DNA of 62,006 nt, the filler included, from Dimargaris cristalligena (Eukaryota), in the NCBI GenBank assembly GCA_003614675.1. It is 3 parts of 3 records of this genome, joined end to end, with 100 filler letters (N's around TTAATTAATTAA, not from the genome) between each part and the next. Parts side by side here need not be neighbours in the genome. Positions count along the whole stretch, not along the records: positions 20,722 to 41,328 come from ML002691.1; positions 41,429 to 62,006 come from ML002692.1; 1 more part is not named here. One strand, 5' to 3'. Both the position numbers and the translations under genes were made by a program. The notes under the pieces are model-generated. The model worked only from the letters and a program-made list of their open reading frames with translations. It was not told where the DNA came from and searched no databases. Below, in pieces: positions 35,828-50,122 of this stretch; position 1 is the stretch's first letter; each line of letters starts with the position of its first letter.

Positions 35828-38137
35828 ATGCTTAGATCCTTTTCCACCCAAACCGCCTCGGCCAACATCGCGGGGATCGCGCGGGGGCTGATCCGGTCCG
35901 GCCGCATCGTGGAAGCCGCGCATTTATGTCAAACCTCTCGGGATGTCGCTGCCGTCGAAGCCTCCATTGGCGCTATTCTTCGCCCCATGCTATCGTCCAC
36001 TTCGCCGCCAAACTCAGCGCTACTCCGACCACCAGCAGCGCCGACCTCCGATGCAGTGTCCCCTGCCGATACGGCCCATGGCAATGGGCACCAAAAGCAA
36101 CTACCCACTCTTTTATTCTTCTTGGACCACTTATATCCCCCGAAGCCCGCCCCTGTTGCTCCGACCCGACCGGGCGGATCCGGGGCAACGGACCGACTAA
36201 CACTCTCCCGAAGTTTAGTGTCCGCCGAATACGCCGCGCCCTTCTACCGGAGTGGGTACGCTTCCGCCGTGACCCAGCTACTCCGGGCCCAGCACCTGGA
36301 CGCTTCCCGGGTGATCCACTCGTTTCTCCTATCCCGGGGCGTATTCCCTGACCACCGGGTATTCTACTCCCTCCTCAAGAGATTAACCGAACAGTCCAAT
36401 CTTGCCCCGGCCTATCTGTGTTACCGCGATTATGTCGATTGCTACCACCGGCCATCGGCCCAGACCGTCGGGCTTTTGATCCACGCCCTGGCCCTAAAGG
36501 GGTCTAATAAAAGTCTGAGCCACACCTCGATTGATACCATTACCCAGCGGTATGATCCATGGCACTACGCGACCCTCGCGTTTTTACCACCGCCCCCTCT
36601 GTACGCCCCGAATGATCCCCGGGCGGTGGCTATTCCGCCTTTTCCGACACATCCCCCGGGTCACCCCGATCTGTATCGGGCTCATTTGGCCCGCCAGCTG
36701 CCCGACCTACCCCCAGTAACCCCGCTATTGAACCAACTTTGCCAAGACCTCCGGACCCGGCGTATCCCCCTCACCGCGGCCCTTCTGACTAGTCTGCTCC
36801 AGTGTTTAGTTTACAGCGGAGAGCCCCTGGGTGGGGTCCGCGCTATTTTCGATGATATGCACCACGGTCCCGTCCAGCCGAACCCCGTCACGTATTTGGT
36901 CATGATGTACGGCTACGCCCGCCAGGCCCAGCCCGAGCCCGTGGCCGAGCTGCTGGTCCAACTCCAAAAGGTACACCCGGGTCAGGTGACCATCGCCCAT
37001 TACGGAGTACTCATGTACGCCTATAGTCGGGCCAACCGGGTTCGGGGGGTGCTTCGGGTCTGGGACGATATCCAGGCCCGGTTCCGGCATCCTAACGCTA
37101 AAGTTACCAATATTCTGCTGTTGGCCCTGATTCGAGGCGGTCAGCCCCGACTAGCTATCGACGTGTTTCAGCAATTGGCCCACCGTATTTCGCCTTCGTT
37201 TTTTGCCTCATCATCACATCCACCCTCACCATCCACTGCCCCCATACCTTCGGCTACTTCCTACTTCCCTCTATCAGTACTATCACCCCCTTCATCACCC
37301 GCATCTGCATTAGCATCAGCGCCAACCCTGTCACCAACTTCGACACCGACATTGACGACAATTCCATCCCCAACTTCAACACCACCGCCAGCATCGCCTT
37401 CCCCGAGCTCTACTCCGCACCCACGGACTCGGGCTAGTCAGCGGGACGAAGAACACAATGCTTCCCTCCTCATTCGCGCCCACCTGCTCAATAATAATCT
37501 CGCTGAAGCCTGGCAAATGTTTGGCCGCATTCGGTGCCAGGACCCGACCATCAATTCCCATATTCTCGAATCGTTTCTCCGCTATTTTATCAAGCAATCC
37601 GACCTCTGGTCGTGCGAGCGGGTCTTCAACACCATCGACCAGAGTTCTGTGAAGAGTGTCTACTGGGTCGACTACCTGCAGCTCATCACCCTCGCCTACG
37701 AAAACCGCCATTATATTCTGGTGGCCCGCTTCTACGAGTCGATGCGCCAAAAGTACCTCAACCATTTCCCCCCGCTGCTTCGATCGGGTGAGGGGTCCCC
37801 GTTGGCTAGACACACTCTCCGGAACTGGCCGGCTTTTTTGCACCTGGTGACCGGGGCTAAACCCCCCATTGCGACACCACCCCTTCTCCGGGGCGAGCCC
37901 TATCGACCAATTTGCCGAGTGCAGGACCATCAAGCATTGGCCCAACCAACAATGCCCAACCGATTGGACGGACTAGCTATCCCGGCCGCTCAGAATGAGC
38001 GGATTGCCCTGGGTTGCCTGAAGGCGGAACGCCCCTCCCTGGCTCTTTTGGCCTACCATGACTATTTACAGTACCCCGGCGTACAACCGATCCCGGCTCT
38101 CGAGGAAGTGTTCGCCCACCTATCTGTTGCTAATTAA
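35828..38137 (+). CDS. Pentatricopeptide repeat (PPR) protein, probably mitochondrial (about 769 aa)
   Basis: Tandem ~35-aa PPR-like units (PNPVTYLVMMYGYARQAQPEPVAELLVQL; TIAHYGVLMYAYSRANRVRGVLRVWDDI; PNAKVTNILLLALIRGGQPRLAIDVFQQL). The first ATG gives a presequence-like MLRSFSTQ start. Confidence 0.82.
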   Translation: MLRSFSTQTASANIAGIARGLIRSGRIVEAAHLCQTSRDVAAVEASIGAILRPMLSSTSPPNSALLRPPAAPTSDAVSPADTAHGNGHQKQLPTLLFFLDHLYPPKPAPVAPTRPGGSGATDRLTLSRSLVSAEYAAPFYRSGYASAVTQLLRAQHLDASRVIHSFLLSRGVFPDHRVFYSLLKRLTEQSNLAPAYLCYRDYVDCYHRPSAQTVGLLIHALALKGSNKSLSHTSIDTITQRYDPWHYATLAFLPPPPLYAPNDPRAVAIPPFPTHPPGHPDLYRAHLARQLPDLPPVTPLLNQLCQDLRTRRIPLTAALLTSLLQCLVYSGEPLGGVRAIFDDMHHGPVQPNPVTYLVMMYGYARQAQPEPVAELLVQLQKVHPGQVTIAHYGVLMYAYSRANRVRGVLRVWDDIQARFRHPNAKVTNILLLALIRGGQPRLAIDVFQQLAHRISPSFFASSSHPPSPSTAPIPSATSYFPLSVLSPPSSPASALASAPTLSPTSTPTLTTIPSPTSTPPPASPSPSSTPHPRTRASQRDEEHNASLLIRAHLLNNNLAEAWQMFGRIRCQDPTINSHILESFLRYFIKQSDLWSCERVFNTIDQSSVKSVYWVDYLQLITLAYENRHYILVARFYESMRQKYLNHFPPLLRSGEGSPLARHTLRNWPAFLHLVTGAKPPIATPPLLRGEPYRPICRVQDHQALAQPTMPNRLDGLAIPAAQNERIALGCLKAERPSLALLAYHDYLQYPGVQPIPALEEVFAHLSVAN

Positions 38138-40242
38138 TCAATGGGAAAGGGAGTTGTAATATTTGCCCATTCGACTATTCCGTCGGTTATCAGGGATGTC
38201 TTGCATGCTACGAATGGCTGGACTGCCTGCTTATCAAAACGCCCATGTCACAATGATGCCCCGATTTAACAGACCATACTAACTGGCTGCAATAATATAA
38301 ATATACCCCTGGTCTGTATTAGCACCGTGTACTTTAAATATTTAAAAGACCTTTGTCGCTAATTGACATACTGTATTAGAATTTACCAGCTTTATTAAAT
38401 ACCATCATGGTTATTTTATTGAAAGTAAATAAAATAAAGAGGTGTGACTGATTTCAACCGATTATATCACTATTTAAATAAGAGTATTCTGTGACCTTAT
38501 TATCAGGTGAGGCTTTGAGCGGAGTTGAACACTGTCCAATATAATTTTGATGGAAAAATTAGAGAATAATGCAGTTTTAACCATTAAAACCAGCTTTGCC
38601 CAACGTATATTATATTATACAACTGGGCCAAACCCCTTCTCTATTATGCACGTATGCCGAAATACGAAGACGCATTTATGCCCACTCTGGCTCGTAAAAT
38701 GCGCCTTAAGCACCCGTTTCTTGATATCCCCCTATTGCTGTTCCTTGTGAAGTGTTAGCCGAAACGCCCCCCAGCTCTATACCCTTGGGAGATTGATTTG
38801 TATGGATTCTAGTATGGAATTAGAATAGCCAGCTACCATGTTGCCATGTCTATGGAACATATTTGCGTTTACATTAGCTAGGACGACCTTTGGAGAGAAT
38901 GTGGAGGTCTCTCTCAATATTATACAACTTCAATATCGGCTGTTCTACTTTCGTTTTCAATCTACCTAATTGTAGGCCATCTAGTTCTATTAACCCACTA
39001 TTAAACTAGGGTTTGATTTGACAGGTCCTGTTATGCCAGACCCCATTTCACGCTGTCATAGCTGCTAATTTAAAGAGTTTGCCTTAATATATGTTCCAAG
39101 GAGTTGATTAGCCCATGTACTCATAGCCCTTCTTAGTTATCTATGTCCCCAATTGTTCACTTGGCCTATGGGCCACTTGGGTCTGAGGGGTAAATCGCCG
39201 CACAGAGGCGTCTACATCACCGGCCCCCCTTACATAATTACAGGCTATAGCTGGGTCAAGTTGTTTTCAATCCCTATTGTTATTATTGAAGCCATGATAT
39301 AATACTGCCGGCTGGATGTATAGAAATTATCAAGGACATGCATTGTTTCTAAGGGGAAAATACCACTTGTATCCACGCACTCATGGCCTTGCGACAGCCT
39401 CGACGCGATCTGCTCAACCGGTTATATGCGGCGGGACCCGGCCACTACCCCGACTATTGCATGGGTCATCGCCAGTGAAAGTGAAGCGGAAGGGGGTGGA
39501 AAGAATAACGAAGGTATTGTCAAGCCTTTGCAAATGGGATATTAGGGGTGTGGTCCGCCCACCCCAAAATCCATTTGCTCTAATTCACCTGGAGCCGTGG
39601 AGCTATTTACACTCAATCTCCGATTGTCCAAGATATGATAATCATGAAAATTAGCCTATTGAATTGGGCTAGCCATTGTATTTTTCAAGGCTATTACGGC
39701 AGCTTGTTTACCCGATAGGCCAGGGATGCCGATAGTATAGATCTGAATCTCCAACACCAGTGCCACCTTGTAATATTACATCCCCAATGTACATTTATAT
39801 ATATATATTGATAATACAAATATGATCCCTACAACAGTTTGGCCAAAAGGCAAAGGCGACCAATTATGATTATGAGGACCCATGGTCCCCAACAAGCCTT
39901 TAAACCTCGGTAAACCATAGGCCCAACCACTAATGGAAAGCGATGGATGTTTGTAAAAGACTAATGATTTACACACTTCTTTTACGTTATGGAATTGTTC
40001 CATCCCTTCTCCACTTCTTTTAACATGGATAGCAGAGTTGGGGAAAGAGCCGGCCAAGCTGTATATTTTTGTTTGGCAATACGGCTCCTCGTTATTACTG
40101 ACTGGCCAAAAGATGCCAAGCATGCTCCGCATGGGCATAAATACCATGAGAATCGGGGCCAGGGCCCGGGAAAATGTAGATGTGCCAGTCCATCATACAG
40201 GCTTCAATTCATATCCTAAACTTGGCCCCCTTCAGGGACGAC

Positions 40243-40250
40243 TATAAATA
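40243..40250 (+). promoter_or_regulatory. TATA box of the small secreted protein gene
   Basis: TATAAATA about 165 nt upstream of aaaATG at 40411, followed by a CT-rich leader. Confidence 0.55.
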
Positions 40251-40410
40251 GCTGCAACTTTACCACTCTTTTTAGACCAATATCCTCAGCTTCTTCACTT
40301 TCACCACCATACCCCACTCCTTGTGCTGTTGTAGCCAAGTCAACTGCCTCATTGATTTCTAATTCCGACTCCCCCCCCAACCCCTTCCCACCTCATTGTA
40401 TCAATTCAAA

Positions 40411-40689
40411 ATGCACTTCACCTCCTCCTCAGTCACCATTTGCCTTCTCGGATTTGTAGCCTTGTTGGTTGCCAATGCCTTTAATCCCGGCACTGGCTCT
40501 GACTCCAACCACTCCGGCTCTGGCCCTAATACTGATTTTCAAGGCTCTGGCTGTGGTGCAAATCCCTCTAACAAATTCGGACAACCCCTCCATGCACCTG
40601 GCTCTGGTATGGGCAATCCGGGCATGGATTGTAATGCCAGCCCACATTCCGGTAAACCCTATGACCGTCAGCCCCAACAAGGCTACTAG
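40411..40689 (+). CDS. Small secreted Gly/Ser/Asn/Pro-rich protein (92 aa), no recognised family
   Basis: Signal peptide MHFTSSSVTICLLGFVALLVANA with an A-x-A cleavage site, good start context, upstream TATA, downstream AATAAA near 40992, two Cys in the mature part. Confidence 0.7.
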   Translation: MHFTSSSVTICLLGFVALLVANAFNPGTGSDSNHSGSGPNTDFQGSGCGANPSNKFGQPLHAPGSGMGNPGMDCNASPHSGKPYDRQPQQGY

Positions 40690-41328
40690 TCTTCTGGCCA
40701 TCTTTCCTCGTAGCGACATACCCAATGTTGCCCCGAAAGACTTTAAAATGTAAATCATCTGGTAGATGTCACTTACGCCTATCATGATCCTTCTTTTATT
40801 TAAATGGAGGTTGTATTCTATGGTTGATTTATTTAGCGGATTCGATGGCATTCTACTTGAATTTAGTTGCATGTCATGGTTTTTTCCACAGTTAAATACT
40901 CTTTAGATCTTTGGAAACCGTACCATTGCTGAAAATGTCCTAGAATGGTTTGGAATCCCCTTGCCTATCCATACGTTTTGTATATTAGAAAATAAACCTA
41001 TTTTCAGTTATGTCATTTCTAATAATCAGAGTCCATGGGTGACACCCACACAAGTATAATGATACACCAATCCTGTTTTTCCTTTATATGTGATGGGGCA
41101 CTGTCACAGTGTGGTGGTGTCAAGCCACTAAAATGAATAATAAAATATATCAAAAAGGGCAGGGTGGCTTCTCCAGGTGAACTGGTTAGTCACTCTATGA
41201 AATTCTTGAAAAATATAATACTTTTTATAATAAAATAAAACCAGTTTAAACCAAAGTAATAGAAATACCTGTTTGGAAGCTCAAAAGGACCATTTCCTTG
41301 GCAACCACAACTTCAGAGGCATAAAGAA

Positions 41329-41428
41329 NNNNNNNNNNNNNNNNNNNNNNNNNNNNNNNNNNNNNNNNNNNNTTAATTAATTAANNNNNNNNNNNNNNNN
41401 NNNNNNNNNNNNNNNNNNNNNNNNNNNN
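41329..41428. other. Assembly spacer (N44-TTAATTAATTAA-N44)
   Basis: Same 100-bp construct as at 20622-20721. Confidence 0.97.
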
Positions 41429-44006
41429 CTATATTAGGAGCCGCACCCTCCAGTACCCCCCCCCCCCATGCCTATCCCTCCCCCCCCCCCCATTGAGTCG
41501 CTGGCGGTATGTCGGGCAACCCTGGCCTTTACTTCGATTACGAAGTGACAAATGGGAGGAAAGGGAGTGGGGGGGATTATCGATTTGGGGCCCGGTGCCA
41601 CCTCGAATAATTGTGGACCAGCCAACCCTGTAAACGCCGCCGCAGCTGTATTAATTTAAATCGTCTACCCATATATTCCGAGATTATTTAGAATGAGACC
41701 CCAGTGATAGCCCACTTCCTTCGCAAAGGTGCCAACTTGGGTCTCGCTACCCACTGCACCCATACTTGTGGATATCCGACATTTCTGCTCTATGTACTCA
41801 AAAGTAAAAGAATATTCATTCAATCGTCGGTTTTTAGGCATTTTTAAGGTAGTGTAATTTCTTTAGGAAGAATGCGGTGACAGTGCGTCCACCATCTCCA
41901 CCGCAGGGGCGGCTAGTTACCAGTTTAATATTGCATAGCTTAGATTGGTGTATTGGAAATAGGCCCACTCGCCCATCTATTGATGTATAAGTTTGCTATA
42001 GTATATAGTGAACGAGTGCTCCTAAGCCATGGCGTTAAGCGCATCACTCGGAGGTTAATATCAATCCCAAGTAGGTAAAATGCACTAACCAATATGTCCA
42101 CTAGGAAGGATTTAAGTCACTAGTCCGATATACTAATGGGATATAGAAACATCACCATGACAAAACTATATCAGAAAAATAGCAGAGCTTAAATTTCAGT
42201 GACCAATTGGTATTCCCTATAATGTAAGGTGCGAGGGGTCAAGATTGGAAGAGGCCCGGTTCGCAATTGAACCCTTGGCGGCTGTTTTTTCTGATAGGAT
42301 GGAGTAGTGAAGTGAGTTTAGCCGCATATCTCCATCCGCGGCAGATTTATTTTGAATTATCATATCGGTGAAGCATTGGCCCGGTCAGAGTCTGGGGGGG
42401 GAGGGGGTCACGAGATTGATATACGTAACCTTTCTAAGATTTAGCTGCTAATCCCTTCACCATTCTACTTGAGGATAGACAACCAAACGGAAAAAGTAAA
42501 ACGGTGGATGAGTATTAGATGCAACAGTAACCCTATAACGTAGCCTTTGCCACTTGACTTAAAAAACCATACATACTAGTGAGAAGTACCTCCCAGACTA
42601 GCTAAGGACCAATCCGCGATGGTTTGATTTTATCTACTATTATTCATACACCGGTCATCAAAATAATTGAGTCTGGGGTTTGGCTGGCCACTTGGCGGGA
42701 AGTTAGGCGCTAAATAGACTCGTTTTTTTTTACTAATTCGTCCTGTGCACGAATTCAGGATTATATAGTAATTTTACAAATCAGCGTACTAATGAAGCTT
42801 AGACTGGAATAAAACTACTTAAAATATTAAACTACGCAAACTGTAGGCAGGGTATGTTCAACGCGACTACAGAGCAGTGCATATGCCTCTGCTGTATTAC
42901 ACCTGCCCAGTTTAACGTGTAAATTTCAAATGCATCCGCATTCAAGTATAATGGAGGCCTATACTAAGAGAATGGGCTTCTCTTGCACTGACCACCATCT
43001 ACAGAAAATAAGGGACGATATGTACTAAATGCGATTAACAGTGGGCCAAGCAAGAATCTGGCACGGCTTAGATTGTGGCCAATGGAAATAAATTTCCAAG
43101 TGATGGGGCTCAGGAGCCCTGCCCGCGACAATTCCGTTTATTTGATTAACCCTTCCTCCCCCCCCCCAGCTCATTGATTTGTTACCGATGTGGAGCAAGC
43201 TGCTTCAGCGAAACACTTGTGAATAACAACGAATCTATTACAACATTTAGAGCACATCGACCCATAGTAATATTCTCACTTCAGCTTCCAGAGTAGCCCA
43301 AAGCGAATAAAAAAATTGGGTGAATAGACTTGACTTAAGACTTTTTTTATACTAACCCCCGATTCTGAAACAGACCACACCTTGTTGAAGCGGGCTTATA
43401 AGCGTATTTATAAAATTCCATCAATACGAGATCCGTAAGAAATGACAATGCGTCGAATAACTGGTAGCAAATGTGCCATACACCGCATGCCATAGCTCCT
43501 AATAGAGTAGAGGTTTCGAAAAACAATTTATGGTACTAGAAACATAACAAGAAAACTAATGGGTGAAATGCTGACGATTAAGTTACGTTGGATGAGTTCA
43601 AAGAGCTCGAAGAAATATTATGAAATATGCATCTCACCAAGGTGTATGGGGGAATAGTAATGCCCAAAATTTTCAAGAAAAAGGGGACATTTGCGTGGCA
43701 CTTTCGAGCGAACTAAGAATAAAATAAAGAATAAAATAAAACAAAACACACGTATACTTTTCGCAAGAAAAATTAGTGGTCGAAGCTGAAGAGGGCAAAA
43801 TAAATCGGCCAGAACGATACACAGAGTAACCTCATAATAAAGTAGATAGATATAGAAATTCTTATATATGTATATATAAATGTCAATAAGAATGGGGTCG
43901 TTTCAATAAATGTAAAAGGTGTACAGAATGCGCAAAATACACAGACAAGTGAGCTGGAACTAGGGCGCAGGTCGGCATCATACATGGGGGCGATGCTCTG
44001 CACACA

Positions 44007-45535
<1,529 letters not shown>

Positions 45536-48500
45536 GGTTTTTCTGATAATCCGTTGAGGATTTGGGGGGGGGGGCTATCTTTAGACCGGTGTCTTGGAAT
45601 AATCTAAGCGTTGGAGTCGAACCACGCGTCGTTAGAGGGATTGGTTTCCATGTAGTCACAGAAATAAAGGTATTGTAAAATTAATAGGATTAATCATCAA
45701 CAGAGATCAGCAACTAAATGAGAGGGCAAATGGGCTTTAAAACTTAAGTGGAAGGAAGCCAGAAAGGTTTTCCCGGGGATTCAACAAGGTCTGAGACTAG
45801 GCATAATATCCTCCCCGAAAGGCAAGGTATAGACAAACTACTTGAGGGCGTTGTGTTCGAAGCCAGTTCGTAAATAGAGTAGGCTCAACATTATCCAATT
45901 GGTATTAATAAACTGCCCACTACGTAAATGATGGGGATAGGCCACGCTCTGCAGCTCTCTTAAGACGCTCTGATTTAGTCGAGGGCACCTTCACTTAAAA
46001 TAACATTTACTGAGTCCGACCTAACCCGGCCAGATGAGCACGACCCAAATAAATATTATAATAGACGTTGGCTCTTGGCGGGCATACTACGACCTGAATT
46101 GCTCGCAGCTGCAAAACCAATAAACACCGGGGTACTCTACGCTAAAACCCTTGAGCTGAGGATATTTACTGTTATCGGCACATACCTGTCGTCTACGTAG
46201 ATGTCCAACTAGAAATGGTCACAAGATGCTGGGCTAAAGGGGCATCGACGATGTTGCAAGAAGCAAGTTAAGATAATAGATAGCAGCAAATGGCAGGGAC
46301 AGAACAAGAGGATGGGGAAATATGAAAGTATTAGAGATATGCACGGCAGGAAGTACGTTCCCGTAGTGTGGGAGAAATGGAGTGGGAGATGAGCCTTGGA
46401 GTCAAGGTCGGGAGCCCATCCATAGGGTTAGAGAGGGGAGGCAATACATGCGTAGAAGTTCGCGGGAGTTGTTCTACCCGACTGCCCGAAGTTAGGTTAT
46501 TTGCCAGATGACTCGAAAGGGGGGGTTGGAAGCACCAGGAGAGCCGGTCCAGCTAGACCCCCGTCACCAAACGGGCGGAGCTAGCTACTAACTATAAGGG
46601 GAAGGGGGGTTGCCCCTTCCAACTCAGCAGATGAGCAACCGACGGGGGACCGAGTGATAAAACTTACCTTGGAGTTGAAGGGGGATAAAGATCTAAGCAG
46701 CAAGCGCTATAGGTTGAAGATATTGCAAGGCAAATGATTTCAATTATAGCGGTAAAAAGAGAAAGAGAGGAGCGTAAGAAGCAGAGCCGAGTTCAGACGA
46801 GGGCGGGTTAATAAAGTAAAGGTGGAAAGTGCAAGGACTGAGGAGATGTAGGGCGAGCCACTGGAAACGGTCAGAAGTTGTATAGCCCAAAGGAAGGGTC
46901 CTCCGCTCAGGGAAAGTACACCGCGATTCATAGTATGTTTGGCGGGTTCCAATAAAGGCATCTTCACTAGTGAGGCAGCAATCCCCCCCTCCTCTCTTTC
47001 TCCCCCTCTCCCTCTATCGATGAACCTGCCAGCGGCAAATGATCGTGCCCGCTCTGGCCTCACCAATCCTTCAAGAACTCATCCCCCACCCACTCACTCT
47101 CTTCTTCAACATTATTAGGATGGCTATAATAATTTCCCGCAGATGACCACCGCCATATAATGTCTCCCCCTCTCATTGAGAAGCCTCGCAAACACCCTAT
47201 CTGGTTGGCCGCACTCCCGTTTCTTCTCAACGACCGAAAAGGGACGATTGGCTGTGGGGCCCCTCCTTTGTTGCGCGAGCGATCTTATTTCAACTCCTAG
47301 CTCAGCGAGCGAGAGAGAGTAGTGCGCTGTATAATACACAGCCCAAAGGTGTAGTCCATCAGGATCCACTTGATCAGCTCCCAGACTACGGTGATCCCAA
47401 GTGGAAAGTATAGGCACATCTTTGGGTGAACTGGGTCTTGCTTGAGGAGGAGGAGAAGGGGGAACGACCAACCCACCCAATCTTCCTCCTCTCGCCCACC
47501 GACCAACCGACACACCATTCATCTTGAGTCCGCCTCTTTTCAAGTCAGCTTTGTGCCAATTAGAGGGCGTTCGTTGTTCGCCTATGGGAGGCGTAAAGTC
47601 ACTTGCCACCCCAACCACAGTCATACATTTCGCCTGACGATGTGAATGGATGGGTCAATGGTTAAACCATATTATACTCTCTTAGGCATCTCAGAGATGG
47701 TCGTGGGGTGGGGAGGAGGGGGTTCATCAGGGTTGAAAAAGGGATGCGAGGGATTCATTTAAACCCGATTACACTACGCTCACTACCATTGCCTTAGATT
47801 CACTCCCGGAAATCCCGATGGCTGTGGCCATTAAACTATTATGAAAAAATCCCCCGCAAACCATCAAGGCTTTCTATTGAACGGCTGACCCGTAGATCCG
47901 CAAAGGGCACCACCACTAGAGGGCTCCCTGGATCCAAGGGGGGGGAGGGGGTCTGGAAATAAAAATACTGCCAGCATCAATAGGGCCACGAACAGGATTA
48001 CCTCAGACGGACGCCCGGATGCAGACCAACGGCCCCGAATTCCGATTCGTTGTCACCCAATGTCAATATTCTAATTACCATTGGCTTGCTGAACATATGG
48101 GACATTCATAACTTTAACACCATTGCCCATTTGGAAAATCCTGACGTTCACGATACCCCAGTCCAAGTCGTACTATTCATAGATAGTAGGGACCACGCGC
48201 CAGTGATCAAAATATTATATCGCTGAACGGACTCGGCCCTGAATATTGGCCGAGAATTGGTAGGATACCGACTTTCTGCCATTCGCTGGCTAACCGCTGC
48301 TCTTCTATAAGGTCGCTTGCCAAAAAAAATGACGACGTGTATTGAGTAACCGACTTAGCGGATCTATAGGGCAACACCCCTGGATGTACGCTAAGTTGTA
48401 AGTCTACTCAGTCATTGTAAATTACAGGCAGTCTAATCATCGGGAATGTGAAGTGCAACCAGTTAATTGACCAAAACCCCACATTAATTCACTGTTAATA

Positions 48501-48992
48501 AGGTTTGGCATTTCGGCTATACACTAGTGCTATGGAGAACAGTCGAATGCATTTCGACTGGGGAATCTGGAGGAATGTAACACTAACCCAGCCCACACAA
48601 TAGAAATAAATAAAGTTCAGCTTATAATAAGTGGCATATAGGGAACTTTCAGGGAACGATAGTTCATATAGCTATTGTAGTGATATACTATTAAAACCAT
48701 AATCAAAACTAACGATGGGAGTAGCTCATAAAAATAAATTGTGAATATGGCTCATTGAAAATTGGAACAAAAAGAAAGTGTCATATCAAATACAAGCCCT
48801 AGGTAGAAAAGTTTACAGTCGGATGTCATACATACTATAATAATAGAGGTATTTAGTTCAAGACTAATAGTGCTCCTAGAAATCCTGCGGAACTTGAACG
48901 ACATTAAAAATGGCGAAGCACCAGAATGAAAAGCCCGACATTTAATATATTATATTATAAAAGTGTGTTACAATTAACTTTTTCAACAAGGA

Positions 48993-49065
48993 GCTCGTTT
49001 GGCTCAGTTGGCAGAGCGTCAGTCTCATAATCTGAAGGTCGGGAGTTCGAGCCTCCCAATGAGCA
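48993..49065 (+). tRNA. tRNA-Met(CAT), elongator type
   Basis: Acceptor GCTCGTT/AATGAGC plus A; D arm GCTC...GAGC; anticodon loop CT-CAT-AA; T loop TTCGAGC. G1:C72 and TTC in the T loop rule out the initiator. An oligo-T terminator follows. Confidence 0.96.
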
Positions 49066-50122
49066 CTTGTTTTTTTTGTCATTTTTTGGTATATTATAGT
49101 TATCGATTATCGGTGGTGTGCTAACCGCGTTGATCAGCGCTGTGGACATTAATGCTGGATACCAAATCCTACCTTTTGACATGCTTAGATAGGTTCGACT
49201 TTAGTAAATGGTGGAACCTCCCATTTACTAGAGAGCCATTCTTGATTATAGCAGCTACAACTCAGGCCATAGGCGGCTCCTAGTCTGTCAGCTTTTTACG
49301 GATTGGCGGATTGAGCTATGCGCAATTTTAGAGGACTAGTTTGGTATCCACCCTGCCCTGCCGAATAGCGTGGTGCATTTCTATGGCTGTCAAGGACATT
49401 GTGGATCGCCCAATTGGGCTCATTGAGTCTATGGCGGAACCTAAAGGATAGATAGGCTTAATGGTGTGCTTCGACGCTGAGTTGTGGTTAAAAAAGCACA
49501 GATGCCATATGATTCAACGTCATTGTGGGGGGCGAGTATCCCTTACCAATACTGCAGCTATTCTGGTTCGGTACTAGATGGATCACCTGATGCTCCCCAT
49601 AACCGGATCCACTACGTGCTCCGTCTACAGCTTTACTGAACTATTGATATAGGTCGGTGGCAGTGGGATGTTGTATTATAAATCAGAAAAGAGCCCATTG
49701 TGACGCGGCTCACCTATATATTATGGGTATCGTTCAGTCCTGAATTGGCGGAGAAAGGTAGTACCGAAGCGACTCTAAACCGAGACCCCTACTATTCTAC
49801 TGACTATTAAAGTACACTCTTGTCCCTTGTCCATTACCTAGACCTATTTTATCCCTGGCCCAGTGCGCATTGCCTTGTAACTACTGGACTTCTTCTAAAG
49901 TGATATTCTTAGGGCTTGGCTGTAGCTCATTGCAACAACTTCTTCCGCTTGCTCAGCCATTTAGAGCCGTGTCCGCCCCATTTGTCACTTCCTCCCCCAT
50001 CCGTGAAGCTAGAACTGCTAACTAAAGAAGGGTGGTCGACAATCTGGTACATAACGTGTGGTAGTGTGTCCCCATTACCTGCTGGTCCATTGCTCCCCAC
50101 GCCCCTCCTCATCGCTATCCCC

